Assembly: GCA_032718475.1 (NCBI GenBank)
Contig: JAUCBJ010003043.1
Coordinates: forward strand, 1 to 64,000
Source of the DNA: Nemertoderma westbladi
Taxonomy: Eukaryota; Animalia; Xenacoelomorpha
Direction: 5' to 3'
DNA: 64,000 nt
Shown here in pieces: positions 23,201 to 37,300 of the stretch. The position numbers were made by a program, and so were the translations under genes. The notes under the pieces are model-generated. The model had not been told where the DNA came from. It made no database searches and saw nothing but the letters and a program-made list of their open reading frames with translations. Numbering within the stretch: position 1 is the stretch's first letter; the number at the start of each line of letters is the position of its first letter.

Positions 23201-26200
23201 CATTCATAGTAAATGTATGGAGGAGGGAATGAAGAACGTAGAGGCATTCATAGTAAATGTATGGAGGAGGGAATGAAGAACGTAGAGGCATTCATAGTAA
23301 ATGTATGGAGGAGGGAAAGAAGAACGTAGAGGCATTCATAGTAAATGTATGGAGGAGGGAATGAAGAACGTAGAGGCATTCATAGTAAATGTATGGAGTA
23401 GGGAAAGAAGAACGTAGAGGCATTCATAGTAAATGTATGGAGTAGGGAAAGAACGTAGAGGCATTCATAGTAAATGTATGTAGGAGGGAATGAAGATCGT
23501 AGAGGCATTCATAGTAAATGTATGGAGGAGGGAATGAAGAACGTAGAGGCATTCATAGTAAATGTATGGAGGAGGGAAAGAAGAACGTAGAGGCATTCAT
23601 AGTAAATGTATGGAGGAGGGAATGAAGAACGTAGAGGCATTCATAGTAAATGTATGTAGGAGGGAATGAAGATCGTAGAGGCATTCATAGTAAATGTATG
23701 GAGGAGGGAATGAAGAACGTAGAGGCATTCATAGTAAATGTATGTAGGAGGGAATGAAGATCGTAGAGGCATTCATAGTAAATGTATGAAGGAGGGAATG
23801 AAGATCGTAGAGGCATTCATAGTAAATGTATGGAGTAGGGAAAGAACGTAGAGGCATTCATAGTAAATGTATGGAGGAGGGAAAGAAGAACGTAGAGGCA
23901 TTCATAGTAAATGTATGGAGGAGGGAATGAAGATCGTAGAGGCATTCATAGTAAATGTATGGAGTAGGGAAAGAAGAACGTAGAGGCATTTATAGTAAAT
24001 GTATGGAGTAGGGAAAGAACGTAGAGGCATTCATAGTAAATGTATGGAGGAGGGAATGAAGATCGTAGAGGCATTCATAGTAAATGTATGGAGGAGGGAA
24101 TGAAGAACGTAGAGGCATTCATAGTAAATGTATGGAGTAGGGAAAGAACGTAGAGGCATTCATAGTAAATGTATGGAGGAGGGAAAGAACGTAGAGGCAT
24201 TCATAGTAAATGTATGGAGTAGGGAAAGAACGTAGAGGCATTCATAGTAAATGTATGGAGGAGGGAATGAAGATCGTAGAGGCATTCATAGTAAATGTAT
24301 GGAGGAGGGAATGAAGAACGTAGAGGCATTCATAGTAAATGTATGGAGTAGGGAAAGAACGTAGAGGCATTCATAGTAAATGTATGGAGGAGGGAAAGAA
24401 GAACGTAGAGGCATTCATAGTAAATGTATGGAGGAGGGAATGAAGAACGTAGAGGCATTCATAGTAAATGTATGGAGTAGGGAAAGAACGTAGAGGCATT
24501 CATAGTAAATGTATGTAGGAATGAACGTAGAGGCATTCATAGTAAATGTATGTAGGAGGGAATGAAGATCGTAGAGGCATTCATAGTAAATGTATGTAGG
24601 AATGAACGTAGAGGCATTCATAGTAAATGTATGTAGGAGGGAATGAAGATCGTAGAGGCATTCATAGTAAATGTATGGAGGAGGGAATGAAGATCGTAGA
24701 GGCATTCATAGTAAATGTATGGAGTAGGGAAAGAACGTAGAGGCATTCATAGTAAATGTATGGAGTAGGGAAAGAACGTAGAGGCATTCATAGTAAATGT
24801 ATGGAGTAGGGAAAGAACGTAGAGGCATTCATAGTAAATGTATGGAGGAGGGAATGAAGAACGTAGAGGCATTCATAGTAAATGTATGGAGTAGGGAAAG
24901 AAGAACGTAGAGGCATTCATAGTAAATGTATGGAGTAGGGAAAGAACGTAGAGGCATTCATAGTAAATGTATGGAGTAGGGAAAGAACGTAGAGGCATTC
25001 ATAGTAAATGTATGGAGTAGGGAAAGAACGTAGAGGCATTCATAGTAAATGTATGGAGTAGGGAAAGAACGTAGAGGCATTCATAGTAAATGTATGGAGG
25101 AGGGAATGAAGAACGTAGAGGCATTCATAGTAAATGTATGGAGTAGGGAAAGAAGAACGTAGAGGCATTCATAGTAAATGTATGGAGTAGGGAAAGAAGA
25201 ACGTAGAGGCATTCATAGTAAATGTATGGAGTAGGGAAAGAAGAACGTAGAGGCATTCATAGTAAATGTATGGAGGAGGGAATGAAGAACGTAGAGGCAT
25301 TCATAGTAAATGTATGGAGTAGGGAAAGAACGTAGAGGCATTCATAGTAAATGTATGGAGTAGGGAAAGAACGTAGAGGCATTCATAGTAAATGTATGGA
25401 GTAGGGAAAGAACGTAGAGGCATTCATAGTAAATGTATGGAGTAGGGAAAGAACGTAGAGGCATTCATAGTAAATGTATGGAGGAGGGAATGAAGAACGT
25501 AGAGGCATTCATAGTAAATGTATGGAGTAGGGAAAGAAGAACGTAGAGGCATTCATAGTAAATGTATGGAGTAGGGAAAGAAGAACGTAGAGGCATTCAT
25601 AGTAAATGTATGGAGTAGGGAAAGAAGAACGTAGAGGCATTCATAGTAAATGTATGGAGTAGGGAAAGAAGAACGTAGAGGCATTCATAGTAAATGTATG
25701 GAGGAGGGAATGAAGAACGTAGAGGCATTCATAGTAAATGTATGTAGGAGGGAATGAAGATCGTAGAGGCATTCATAGTAAATGTATGGAGGAGGGAATG
25801 AAGAACGTAGAGGCATTCATAGTAAATGTATGGAGTAGGGAAAGAAGAACGTAGAGGCATTCATAGTAAATGTATGGAGGAGGGAAAGAAGAACGTAGAG
25901 GCATTCATAGTAAATGTATGGAGGAGGGAATGAAGAACGTAGAGGCATTCATAGTAAATGTATGGAGTAGGGAAAGAAGAACGTAGAGGCATTCATAGTA
26001 AATGTATGGAGGAGGGAAAGAAGAACGTAGAGGCATTCATAGTAAATGTATGTAGGAGGGAATGAAGATCGTAGAGGCATTCATAGTAAATGTATGAAGT
26101 AGGGAAAGAACGTAGAGGCATTCATAGTAAATGTATGGAGTAGGGAAAGAACGTAGAGGCATTCATAGTAAATGTATGGAGGAGGGAGAGAACGTAGAGG

Positions 26201-29200
26201 CATTCATAGTAAATGAGGAGGGAGAGAACGTAGAGGCATTCATAGTAAATGTATGTAGGAGGGAATGAAGATCGTAGAGGCATTCATAGTAAATGTATGG
26301 AGGAGGGAAAGAACGTAGAGGCATTCATAGTAAATGAGTAGGGAAAGAACGTAGAGGCATTCATAGTAAATGAGTAGGGAAAGAACGTAGAGGCATTCAT
26401 AGTAAATGTATGTAGGAGGGAATGAAGATCGTAGAGGCATTCATAGTAAATGTATGGAGTAGGGAAAGAACGTAGAGGCATTCATAGTAAATGTATGGAG
26501 TAGGGAAAGAACGTAGAGGCATTCATAGTAAATGTATGGAGGAGGGAGAGAACGTAGAGGCATTCATAGTAAATGAGGAGGGAGAGAACGTAGAGGCATT
26601 CATAGTAAATGTATGTAGGAGGGAATGAAGATCGTAGAGGCATTCATAGTAAATGTATGTAGGAGGGAATGAAGAACGTAGAGGCATTCATAGTAAATGT
26701 ATGTAGGAGGGAATGAAGATCGTAGAGGCATTCATAGTAAATGTATGTAGGAGGGAATGAAGATCGTAGAGGCATTCATAGTAAATGTATGAAGTAGGGA
26801 AAGAACGTAGAGGCATTCATAGTAAATGTATGGAGTAGGGAAAGAACGTAGAGGCATTCATAGTAAATGTATGGAGGAGGGAGAGAACGTAGAGGCATTC
26901 ATAGTAAATGAGGAGGGAGAGAACGTAGAGGCATTCATAGTAAATGTATGTAGGAGGGAATGAAGATCGTAGAGGCATTCATAGTAAATGTATGTAGGAG
27001 GGAATGAAGAACGTAGAGGCATTCATAGTAAATGTATGTAGGAGGGAATGAAGATCGTAGAGGCATTCATAGTAAATGTATGTAGGAGGGAATGAAGATC
27101 GTAGAGGCATTCATAGTAAATGTATGAAGTAGGGAAAGAACGTAGAGGCATTCATAGTAAATGTATGGAGTAGGGAAAGAACGTAGAGGCATTCATAGTA
27201 AATGTATGGAGGAGGGAGAGAACGTAGAGGCATTCATAGTAAATGAGGAGGGAGAGAACGTAGAGGCATTCATAGTAAATGAGGAGGGAGAGAACGTAGA
27301 GGCATTCATAGTAAATGAGGAGGGAGAGAACGTAGAGGCATTCATAGTAAATGAGGAGGGAGAGAACGTAGAGGCATTCATAGTAAATGAGGAGGGAGAG
27401 AACGTAGAGGCATTCATAGTAAATGTATGGAGTAGGGAAAGAACGTAGAGGCATTCATAGTAAATGTATGGAGGAGGGAATGAAGAACGTAGAGGCATTC
27501 ATAGTAAATGTATGTAGGAGGGAATGAAGAACGTAGAGGCATTCATAGTAAATGTATGGAGTAGGGAAAGAAGAACGTAGAGGCATTCATAGTAAATGTA
27601 TGGAGTAGGGAAAGATCGTAGAGGCATTCATAGTAAATGTATGGAGGAGGGAAAGAACGTAGAGGCATTCATAGTAAATGTATGGAGGAGGGAATGAAGA
27701 ACGTAGAGGCATTCATAGTAAATGTATGGAGGAGGGAAAGATCGTAGAGGCATTCATAGTAAATGTATGGAGGAGGGAATGAAGAACGTAGAGGCATTCA
27801 TAGTAAATGTATGGAGTAGGGAAAGATCGTAGAGGCATTCATAGTAAATGTATGGAGGAGGGAGAGAACGTAGAGGCATTCATAGTAAATGTATGGAGTA
27901 GGGAGAGAACGTAGAGGCATTCATAGTAAATGTATGGAGGAGGGAATGAAGAACGTAGAGGCATTCATAGTAAATGTATGGAGGAGGGAAAGATCGTAGA
28001 GGCATTCATAGTAAATGTATGGAGGAGGGAATGAAGAACGTAGAGGCATTCATAGTAAATGTATGGAGTAGGGAAAGAACGTAGAGGCATTCATAGTAAA
28101 TGTATGGAGGAGGGAATGAAGAACGTAGAGGCATTCATAGTAAATGTATGGAGGAGGGAAAGATCGTAGAGGCATTCATAGTAAATGTATGGAGGAGGGA
28201 ATGAAGAACGTAGAGGCATTCATAGTAAATGTATGGAGTAGGGAAAGAACGTAGAGGCATTCATAGTAAATGTATGGAGTAGGGAAAGAACGTAGAGGCA
28301 TTCATAGTAAATGTATGGAGGAGGGAAAGATCGTAGAGGCATTCATAGTAAATGTATGGAGGAGGGAATGAAGAACGTAGAGGCATTCATAGTAAATGTA
28401 TGGAGGAGGGAAAGATCGTAGAGGCATTCATAGTAAATGTATGGAGGAGGGAATGAAGAACGTAGAGGCATTCATAGTAAATGTATGGAGTAGGGAAAGA
28501 ACGTAGAGGCATTCATAGTAAATGTATGGAGGAGGGAAAGATCGTAGAGGCATTCATAGTAAATGTATGGAGGAGGGAATGAAGAACGTAGAGGCATTCA
28601 TAGTAAATGTATGGAGTAGGGAAAGATCGTAGAGGCATTCATAGTAAATGTATGGAGGAGGGAATGAAGAACGTAGAGGCATTCATAGTAAATGTATGGA
28701 GTAGGGAAAGAACGTAGAGGCATTCATAGTAAATGTATGGAGTAGGGAAAGAGCGTAGAGGCATTCATAGTAAATGTATGGAGGAGGGAAAGAACGTAGA
28801 GGCATTCATAGTAAATGTATGGAGTAGGGAAAGATCGTAGAGGCATTCATAGTAAATGTATGGAGTAGGGAAAGAACGTAGAGGCATTCATAGTAAATGT
28901 ATGGAGTAGGGAAAGAACGTAGAGGAATTCATAGTAAATGTATGGAGTAGGGAAAGAACGTAGAGGAATTCATAGTAAATGTATGGAGGAGGGAATGAAG
29001 AACGTAGAGGCATTCATAGTAAATGTATGGAGGAGGGAAAGAACGTAGAGGCATTCATAGTAAATGTATGGAGTAGGGAAAGAACGTAGAGGAATTCATA
29101 GTAAATGTATGGAGGAGGGAAAGAACGTAGAGGCATTCATAGTAAATGTATGGAGGAGGGAATGAAGAACGTAGAGGCATTCATAGTAAATGTATGAAGG

Positions 29201-32200
29201 AGGGAAAGAACGTAGAGGAATTCATAGTAAATGTATGGAGGAGGGAAAGAACGTAGAGGCATTCATAGTAAATGTATGGAGGAGGGAATGAAGAACGTAG
29301 AGGCATTCATAGTAAATGTATGGAGGAGGGAAAGATCGTAGAGGCATTCATAGTAAATGTATGGAGGAGGGAAAGAACGTAGAGGCATTCATAGTAAATG
29401 TATGGAGTAGGGAAAGAACGTAGAGGCATTCATAGTAAATGTATGGAGTAGGGAAAGAACGTAGAGGAATTCATAGTAAATGTATGGAGTAGGGAAAGAA
29501 GAACGTAGAGGAATTCATAGAAAATGTATGGAGTAGGGAAAGAAGAACGTAGAGGCATTCATAGTAAATGTATGGAGGAGGGAAAGATCGTAGAGGCATT
29601 CATAGTAAATGTATGGAGGAGGGAATGAAGAACGTAGAGGCATTCATAGTAAATGTATGGAGGAGGGAAAGATCGTAGAGGCATTCATAGTAAATGTATG
29701 GAGGAGGGAAAGAACGTAGAGGCATTCATAGTAAATGTATGGAGGAGGGAAAGAACGTAGAGGCATTCATAGTAAATGTATGGAGTAGGGAAAGAACGTA
29801 GAGGCATTCATAGTAAATGTATGGAGTAGGGAAAGAACGTAGAGGAATTCATAGTAAATGTATGGAGTAGGGAAAGAAGAACGTAGAGGAATTCATAGAA
29901 AATGTATGGAGTAGGGAAAGAAGAACGTAGAGGCATTCATAGTAAATGTATGGAGGAGGGAAAGATCGTAGAGGCATTCATAGTAAATGTATGGAGGAGG
30001 GAAAGAACGTAGAGGCATTCATAGTAAATGTATGGAGTAGGGAAAGAACGTAGAGGCATTCATAGTAAATGTATGGAGTAGGGAAAGAACGTAGAGGAAT
30101 TCATAGTAAATGTATGGAGGAGGGAAAGAAGAACGTAGAGGCATTCATAGTAAATGAGTAGGGAAAGAACGTAGAGGCATTCATAGTAAATGTATGGAGT
30201 AGGGAATGAAGATCGTAGAGGCATTCATAGTAAATGTATGGAGGAGGGAATGAAGAACGTAGAGGCATTCATAGTAAATGTATGGAGGAGGGAATGAAGA
30301 ACGTAGAGGCATTCATAGTAAATGTATGGAGGAGGGAATGAAGAACGTAGAGGCATTCATAGTAAATGTATGGAGTAGGGAAAGAAGAACGTAGAGGCAT
30401 TCATAGTAAATGTATGGAGGAGGGAAAGAAGAACGTAGAGGCATTCATAGTAAATGTATGTAGGAGGGAATGAAGATCGTAGAGGCATTCATAGTAAATG
30501 TATGGAGGAGGGAATGAAGAACGTAGAGGCATTCATAGTAAATGTATGGAGTAGGGAAAGAAGAACGTAGAGGCATTCATAGTAAATGTATGGAGTAGGG
30601 AAAGAACGTAGAGGCATTCATAGTAAATGTATGTAGGAGGGAATGAAGATCGTAGAGGCATTCATAGTAAATGTATGGAGGAGGGAATGAAGAACGTAGA
30701 GGCATTCATAGTAAATGTATGGAGGAGGGAAAGAAGAACGTAGAGGCATTCATAGTAAATGTATGGAGGAGGGAATGAAGAACGTAGAGGCATTCATAGT
30801 AAATGTATGTAGGAGGGAATGAAGATCGTAGAGGCATTCATAGTAAATGTATGGAGGAGGGAATGAAGAACGTAGAGGCATTCATAGTAAATGTATGTAG
30901 GAGGGAATGAAGATCGTAGAGGCATTCATAGTAAATGTATGAAGGAGGGAATGAAGATCGTAGAGGCATTCATAGTAAATGTATGAAGGAGGGAATGAAG
31001 ATCGTAGAGGCATTCATAGTAAATGTATGGAGTAGGGAAAGAACGTAGAGGCATTCATAGTAAATGTATGGAGGAGGGAAAGAAGAACGTAGAGGCATTC
31101 ATAGTAAATGTATGGAGGAGGGAATGAAGATCGTAGAGGCATTCATAGTAAATGTATGGAGTAGGGAAAGAAGAACGTAGAGGCATTTATAGTAAATGTA
31201 TGGAGTAGGGAAAGAACGTAGAGGCATTCATAGTAAATGTATGGAGGAGGGAATGAAGATCGTAGAGGCATTCATAGTAAATGTATGGAGGAGGGAATGA
31301 AGAACGTAGAGGCATTCATAGTAAATGTATGGAGTAGGGAAAGAACGTAGAGGCATTCATAGTAAATGTATGGAGGAGGGAAAGAACGTAGAGGCATTCA
31401 TAGTAAATGTATGGAGTAGGGAAAGAACGTAGAGGCATTCATAGTAAATGTATGGAGGAGGGAATGAAGAACGTAGAGGCATTCATAGTAAATGTATGGA
31501 GTAGGGAAAGAACGTAGAGGCATTCATAGTAAATGTATGGAGGAGGGAAAGAAGAACGTAGAGGCATTCATAGTAAATGTATGGAGGAGGGAATGAAGAA
31601 CGTAGAGGCATTCATAGTAAATGTATGGAGTAGGGAAAGAACGTAGAGGCATTCATAGTAAATGTATGGAGTAGGGAAAGAACGTAGAGGCATTCATAGT
31701 AAATGTATGGAGGAGGGAAAGAAGAACGTAGAGGCATTCATAGTAAATGTATGGAGGAGGGAATGAAGAACGTAGAGGCATTCATAGTAAATGTATGTAG
31801 GAGGGAATGAAGATCGTAGAGGCATTCATAGTAAATGTATGTAGGAATGAACGTAGAGGCATTCATAGTAAATGTATGTAGGAGGGAATGAAGATCGTAG
31901 AGGCATTCATAGTAAATGTATGGAGGAGGGAATGAAGATCGTAGAGGCATTCATAGTAAATGTATGGAGTAGGGAAAGAACGTAGAGGCATTCATAGTAA
32001 ATGTATGGAGTAGGGAAAGAACGTAGAGGCATTCATAGTAAATGTATGGAGTAGGGAAAGAACGTAGAGGCATTCATAGTAAATGTATGGAGGAGGGAAT
32101 GAAGAACGTAGAGGCATTCATAGTAAATGTATGGAGTAGGGAAAGAAGAACGTAGAGGCATTCATAGTAAATGTATGGAGTAGGGAAAGAACGTAGAGGC

Positions 32201-34390
32201 ATTCATAGTAAATGTATGGAGTAGGGAAAGAACGTAGAGGCATTCATAGTAAATGTATGGAGTAGGGAAAGAACGTAGAGGCATTCATAGTAAATGTATG
32301 GAGTAGGGAAAGAACGTAGAGGCATTCATAGTAAATGTATGGAGGAGGGAATGAAGAACGTAGAGGCATTCATAGTAAATGTATGGAGTAGGGAAAGAAG
32401 AACGTAGAGGCATTCATAGTAAATGTATGGAGTAGGGAAAGAAGAACGTAGAGGCATTCATAGTAAATGTATGGAGTAGGGAAAGAAGAACGTAGAGGCA
32501 TTCATAGTAAATGTATGGAGGAGGGAATGAAGAACGTAGAGGCATTCATAGTAAATGTATGGAGTAGGGAAAGAACGTAGAGGCATTCATAGTAAATGTA
32601 TGGAGTAGGGAAAGAACGTAGAGGCATTCATAGTAAATGTATGGAGTAGGGAAAGAACGTAGAGGCATTCATAGTAAATGTATGGAGTAGGGAAAGAACG
32701 TAGAGGCATTCATAGTAAATGTATGGAGGAGGGAATGAAGAACGTAGAGGCATTCATAGTAAATGTATGGAGTAGGGAAAGAAGAACGTAGAGGCATTCA
32801 TAGTAAATGTATGGAGTAGGGAAAGAAGAACGTAGAGGCATTCATAGTAAATGTATGGAGTAGGGAAAGAAGAACGTAGAGGCATTCATAGTAAATGTAT
32901 GGAGTAGGGAAAGAAGAACGTAGAGGCATTCATAGTAAATGTATGGAGGAGGGAATGAAGAACGTAGAGGCATTCATAGTAAATGTATGTAGGAGGGAAT
33001 GAAGATCGTAGAGGCATTCATAGTAAATGTATGGAGGAGGGAATGAAGAACGTAGAGGCATTCATAGTAAATGTATGGAGTAGGGAAAGAAGAACGTAGA
33101 GGCATTCATAGTAAATGTATGGAGGAGGGAAAGAAGAACGTAGAGGCATTCATAGTAAATGTATGGAGGAGGGAATGAAGAACGTAGAGGCATTCATAGT
33201 AAATGTATGGAGTAGGGAAAGAAGAACGTAGAGGCATTCATAGTAAATGTATGGAGGAGGGAAAGAAGAACGTAGAGGCATTCATAGTAAATGTATGTAG
33301 GAGGGAATGAAGATCGTAGAGGCATTCATAGTAAATGTATGTAGGAGGGAATGAAGATCGTAGAGGCATTCATAGTAAATGTATGAAGTAGGGAAAGAAC
33401 GTAGAGGCATTCATAGTAAATGTATGGAGTAGGGAAAGAACGTAGAGGCATTCATAGTAAATGTATGGAGGAGGGAGAGAACGTAGAGGCATTCATAGTA
33501 AATGAGGAGGGAGAGAACGTAGAGGCATTCATAGTAAATGAGTAGGGAGAGAACGTAGAGGCATTCATAGTAAATGAGGAGGGAGAGAACGTAGAGGCAT
33601 TCATAGTAAATGAGGAGGGAGAGAACGTAGAGGCATTCATAGTAAATGAGGAGGGAGAGAACGTAGAGGCATTCATAGTAAATGTATGGAGTAGGGAAAG
33701 AACGTAGAGGCATTCATAGTAAATGTATGGAGGAGGGAATGAAGAACGTAGAGGCATTCATAGTAAATGAGTAGGGAGAGAACGTAGAGGCATTCATAGT
33801 AAATGAGTAGGGAGAGAACGTAGAGGCATTCATAGTAAATGAGTAGGGAGAGAACGTAGAGGCATTCATAGTAAATGAGTAGGGAGAGAACGTAGAGGCA
33901 TTCATAGTAAATGAGGAGGGAGAGAACGTAGAGGCATTCATAGTAAATGAGGAGGGAGAGAACGTAGAGGCATTCATAGTAAATGAGTAGGGAGAGAACG
34001 TAGAGGCATTCATAGTAAATGAGGAGGGAGAGAACGTAGAGGCATTCATAGTAAATGAGGAGGGAGAGAACGTAGAGGCATTCATAGTAAATGAGTAGGG
34101 AGAGAACGTAGAGGCATTCATAGTAAATGAGTAGGGAGAGAACGTAGAGGCATTCATAGTAAATGAGGAGGGAGAGAACGTAGAGGCATTCATAGTAAAT
34201 GAGGAGGGAGAGAACGTAGAGGCATTCATAGTAAATGAGGAGGGAGAGAACGTAGAGGCATTCATAGTAAATGTATGGAGTAGGGAAAGAACGTAGAGGC
34301 ATTCATAGTAAATGTATGGAGGAGGGAATGAAGAACGTAGAGGCATTCATAGTAAATGTATGTAGGAGGGAATGAAGAACGTAGAGGCAT
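17270..34390 (+). repeat. Diverged tandem segmental duplication inside the array (~17.27-27.55 kb versus ~27.55-34.39 kb)
   Basis: The order of unit variants is the same starting at ~17280 and ~27560. Rare markers are shared in the same order: GGAATTC core variant blocks (18.3-20.4 kb and 28.9-30.1 kb), the GGAATTCATAGAAAATG double variant, CATTTATAG (~23990 and ~31185), and 36-mer runs (~27.24-27.41 kb and ~33.5-34.26 kb). Boundaries are approximate. Confidence 0.8.
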
Positions 34391-37300
34391 TCATAGTAAA
34401 TGTATGGAGTAGGGAAAGAACGTAGAGGCATTCATAGTAAATGTATGTAGGAGGGAATGAAGAACGTAGAGGCATTCATAGTAAATGTATGTAGGAGGGA
34501 ATGAAGATCGTAGAGGCATTCATAGTAAATGTATGGAGGAGGGAATGAAGAACGTAGAGGCATTCATAGTAAATGTATGGAGGAGGGAAAGAAGAACGTA
34601 GAGGCATTCATAGTAAATGTATGAAGGAGGGAATGAAGATCGTAGAGGCATTCATAGTAAATGTATGGAGGAGGGAATGAAGAACGTAGAGGCATTTATA
34701 GTAAATGTATGGAGTAGGGAAAGAACGTAGAGGCATTCATAGTAAATGTATGGAGTAGGGAAAGATCGTAGAGGCATTCATAGTAAATGTATGGAGTTGG
34801 GAAAGAACGTAGAGGCATTCATAGTAAATGTATGGAGGAGGGAATGAAGAACGTAGAGGCATTCATAGTAAATGTATGGAGGAGGGAATGAAGAACGTAG
34901 AGGCATTCATAGTAAATGTATGTAGGAGGGAATGAAGATCGTAGAGGCATTCATAGTAAATGTATGTAGGAGGGAATGAAGAACGTAGAGGCATTCATAG
35001 TAAATGTATGGAGTAGGGAATGAAGAACGTAGAGGCATTCATAGTAAATGTATGGAGTAGGGAATGAAGAACGTAGAGGCATTCATAGTAAATGTATGGA
35101 GTAGGGAATGAAGAACGTAGAGGCATTCATAGTAAATGTATGGAGTAGGGAATGAAGAACGTAGAGGCATTCATAGTAAATGTATGGAGGAGGGAGAGAA
35201 CGTAGAGGCATTCATAGTAAATGAGGAGGGAGAGAACGTAGAGGCATTCATAGTAAATGTATGTAGGAGGGAATGAAGATCGTAGAGGCATTCATAGTAA
35301 ATGTATGGAGTAGGGAATGAAGAACGTAGAGGCATTCATAGTAAATGTATGGAGGAGGGAGAGAACGTAGAGGCATTCATAGTAAATGAGGAGGGAGAGA
35401 ACGTAGAGGCATTCATAGTAAATGTATGTAGGAGGGAATGAAGATCGTAGAGGCATTCATAGTAAATGTATGTAGGAGGGAATGAAGAACGTAGAGGCAT
35501 TCATAGTAAATGTATGGAGGAGGGAATGAAGAACGTAGAGGCATTCATAGTAAATGTATGGAGGAGGGAATGAAGAACGTAGAGGCATTCATAGTAAATG
35601 TATGTAGGAGGGAATGAAGATCGTAGAGGCATTCATAGTAAATGTATGGAGGAGGGAATGAAGAACGTAGAGGCATTCATAGTAAATGTATGGAGGAGGG
35701 AAAGAAGAACGTAGAGGCATTCATAGTAAATGTATGAAGGAGGGAATGAAGATCGTAGAGGCATTCATAGTAAATGTATGTAGGAGGGAATGAAGATCGT
35801 AGAGGCATTCATAGTAAATGTATGGAGGAGGGAATGAAGATCGTAGAGGCATTCATAGTAAATGTATGGAGGAGGGAATGAAGAACGTAGAGGCATTCAT
35901 AGTAAATGTATGTAGGAGGGAATGAAGATCGTAGAGGCATTCATAGTAAATGTATGTAGGAGGGAATGAAGAACGTAGAGGCATTCATAGTAAATGTATG
36001 TAGGAGGGAATGAAGATCGTAGAGGCATTCATAGTAAATGTATGGAGGAGGGAATGAAGAACGTAGAGGCATTCATAGTAAATGTATGGAGGAGGGAAAG
36101 AAGAACGTAGAGGCATTCATAGTAAATGTATGAAGGAGGGAATGAAGATCGTAGAGGCATTCATAGTAAATGTATGTAGGAGGGAATGAAGATCGTAGAG
36201 GCATTCATAGTAAATGTATGGAGGAGGGAATGAAGAACGTAGAGGCATTCATAGTAAATGTATGGAGGAGGGAATGAAGATCGTAGAGGCATTCATAGTA
36301 AATGTATGTAGGAGGGAATGAAGATCGTAGAGGCATTCATAGTAAATGTATGGAGGAGGGAATGAAGAACGTAGAGGCATTCATAGTAAATGTATGGAGG
36401 AGGGAAAGAAGAACGTAGAGGCATTCATAGTAAATGTATGAAGGAGGGAATGAAGATCGTAGAGGCATTCATAGTAAATGTATGTAGGAGGGAAAGAACG
36501 TAGAGGCATTCATAGTAAATGTATGGAGGAGGGAATGAAGAACGTAGAGGCATTCATAGTAAATGTATGGAGGAGGGAAAGAAGAACGTAGAGGCATTCA
36601 TAGTAAATGTATGGAGGAGGGAATGAAGAACGTAGAGGCATTCATAGTAAATGTATGAAGGAGGGAATGAAGATCGTAGAGGCATTCATAGTAAATGTAT
36701 GTAGGAGGGAAAGAACGTAGAGGCATTCATAGTAAATGTATGGAGGAGGGAATGAAGAACGTAGAGGCATTCATAGTAAATGTATGGAGGAAAGAACGTA
36801 GAGGCATTCATAGTAAATGTATGGAGGAGGGAAAGAAGAACGTAGAGGCATTCATAGTAAATGTATGGAGGAGGGAATGAAGAACGTAGAGGCATTCATA
36901 GTAAATGTATGTAGGAGGGAATGAAGAACGTAGAGGCATTCATAGTAAATGTATGGAGTAGGGAGAGAACGTAGAGGCATTCATAGTAAATGTATGGAGG
37001 AGGGAAAGAACGTAGAGGCATTCATAGTAAATGTATGAAGGAGGGAATGAAGATCGTAGAGGCATTCATAGTAAATGTATGGAGGAGGGAGAGAACGTAG
37101 AGGCATTCATAGTAAATGTATGGAGGAGGGAAAGAACGTAGAGGCATTCATAGTAAATGTATGGAGGAGGGAAAGATCGTAGAGGCATTCATAGTAAATG
37201 TATGGAGGAGGGAAAGAAGAACGTAGAGGCATTCATAGTAAATGTATGGAGGAGGGAATGAAGAACGTAGAGGCATTCATAGTAAATGTATGTAGGAGGG

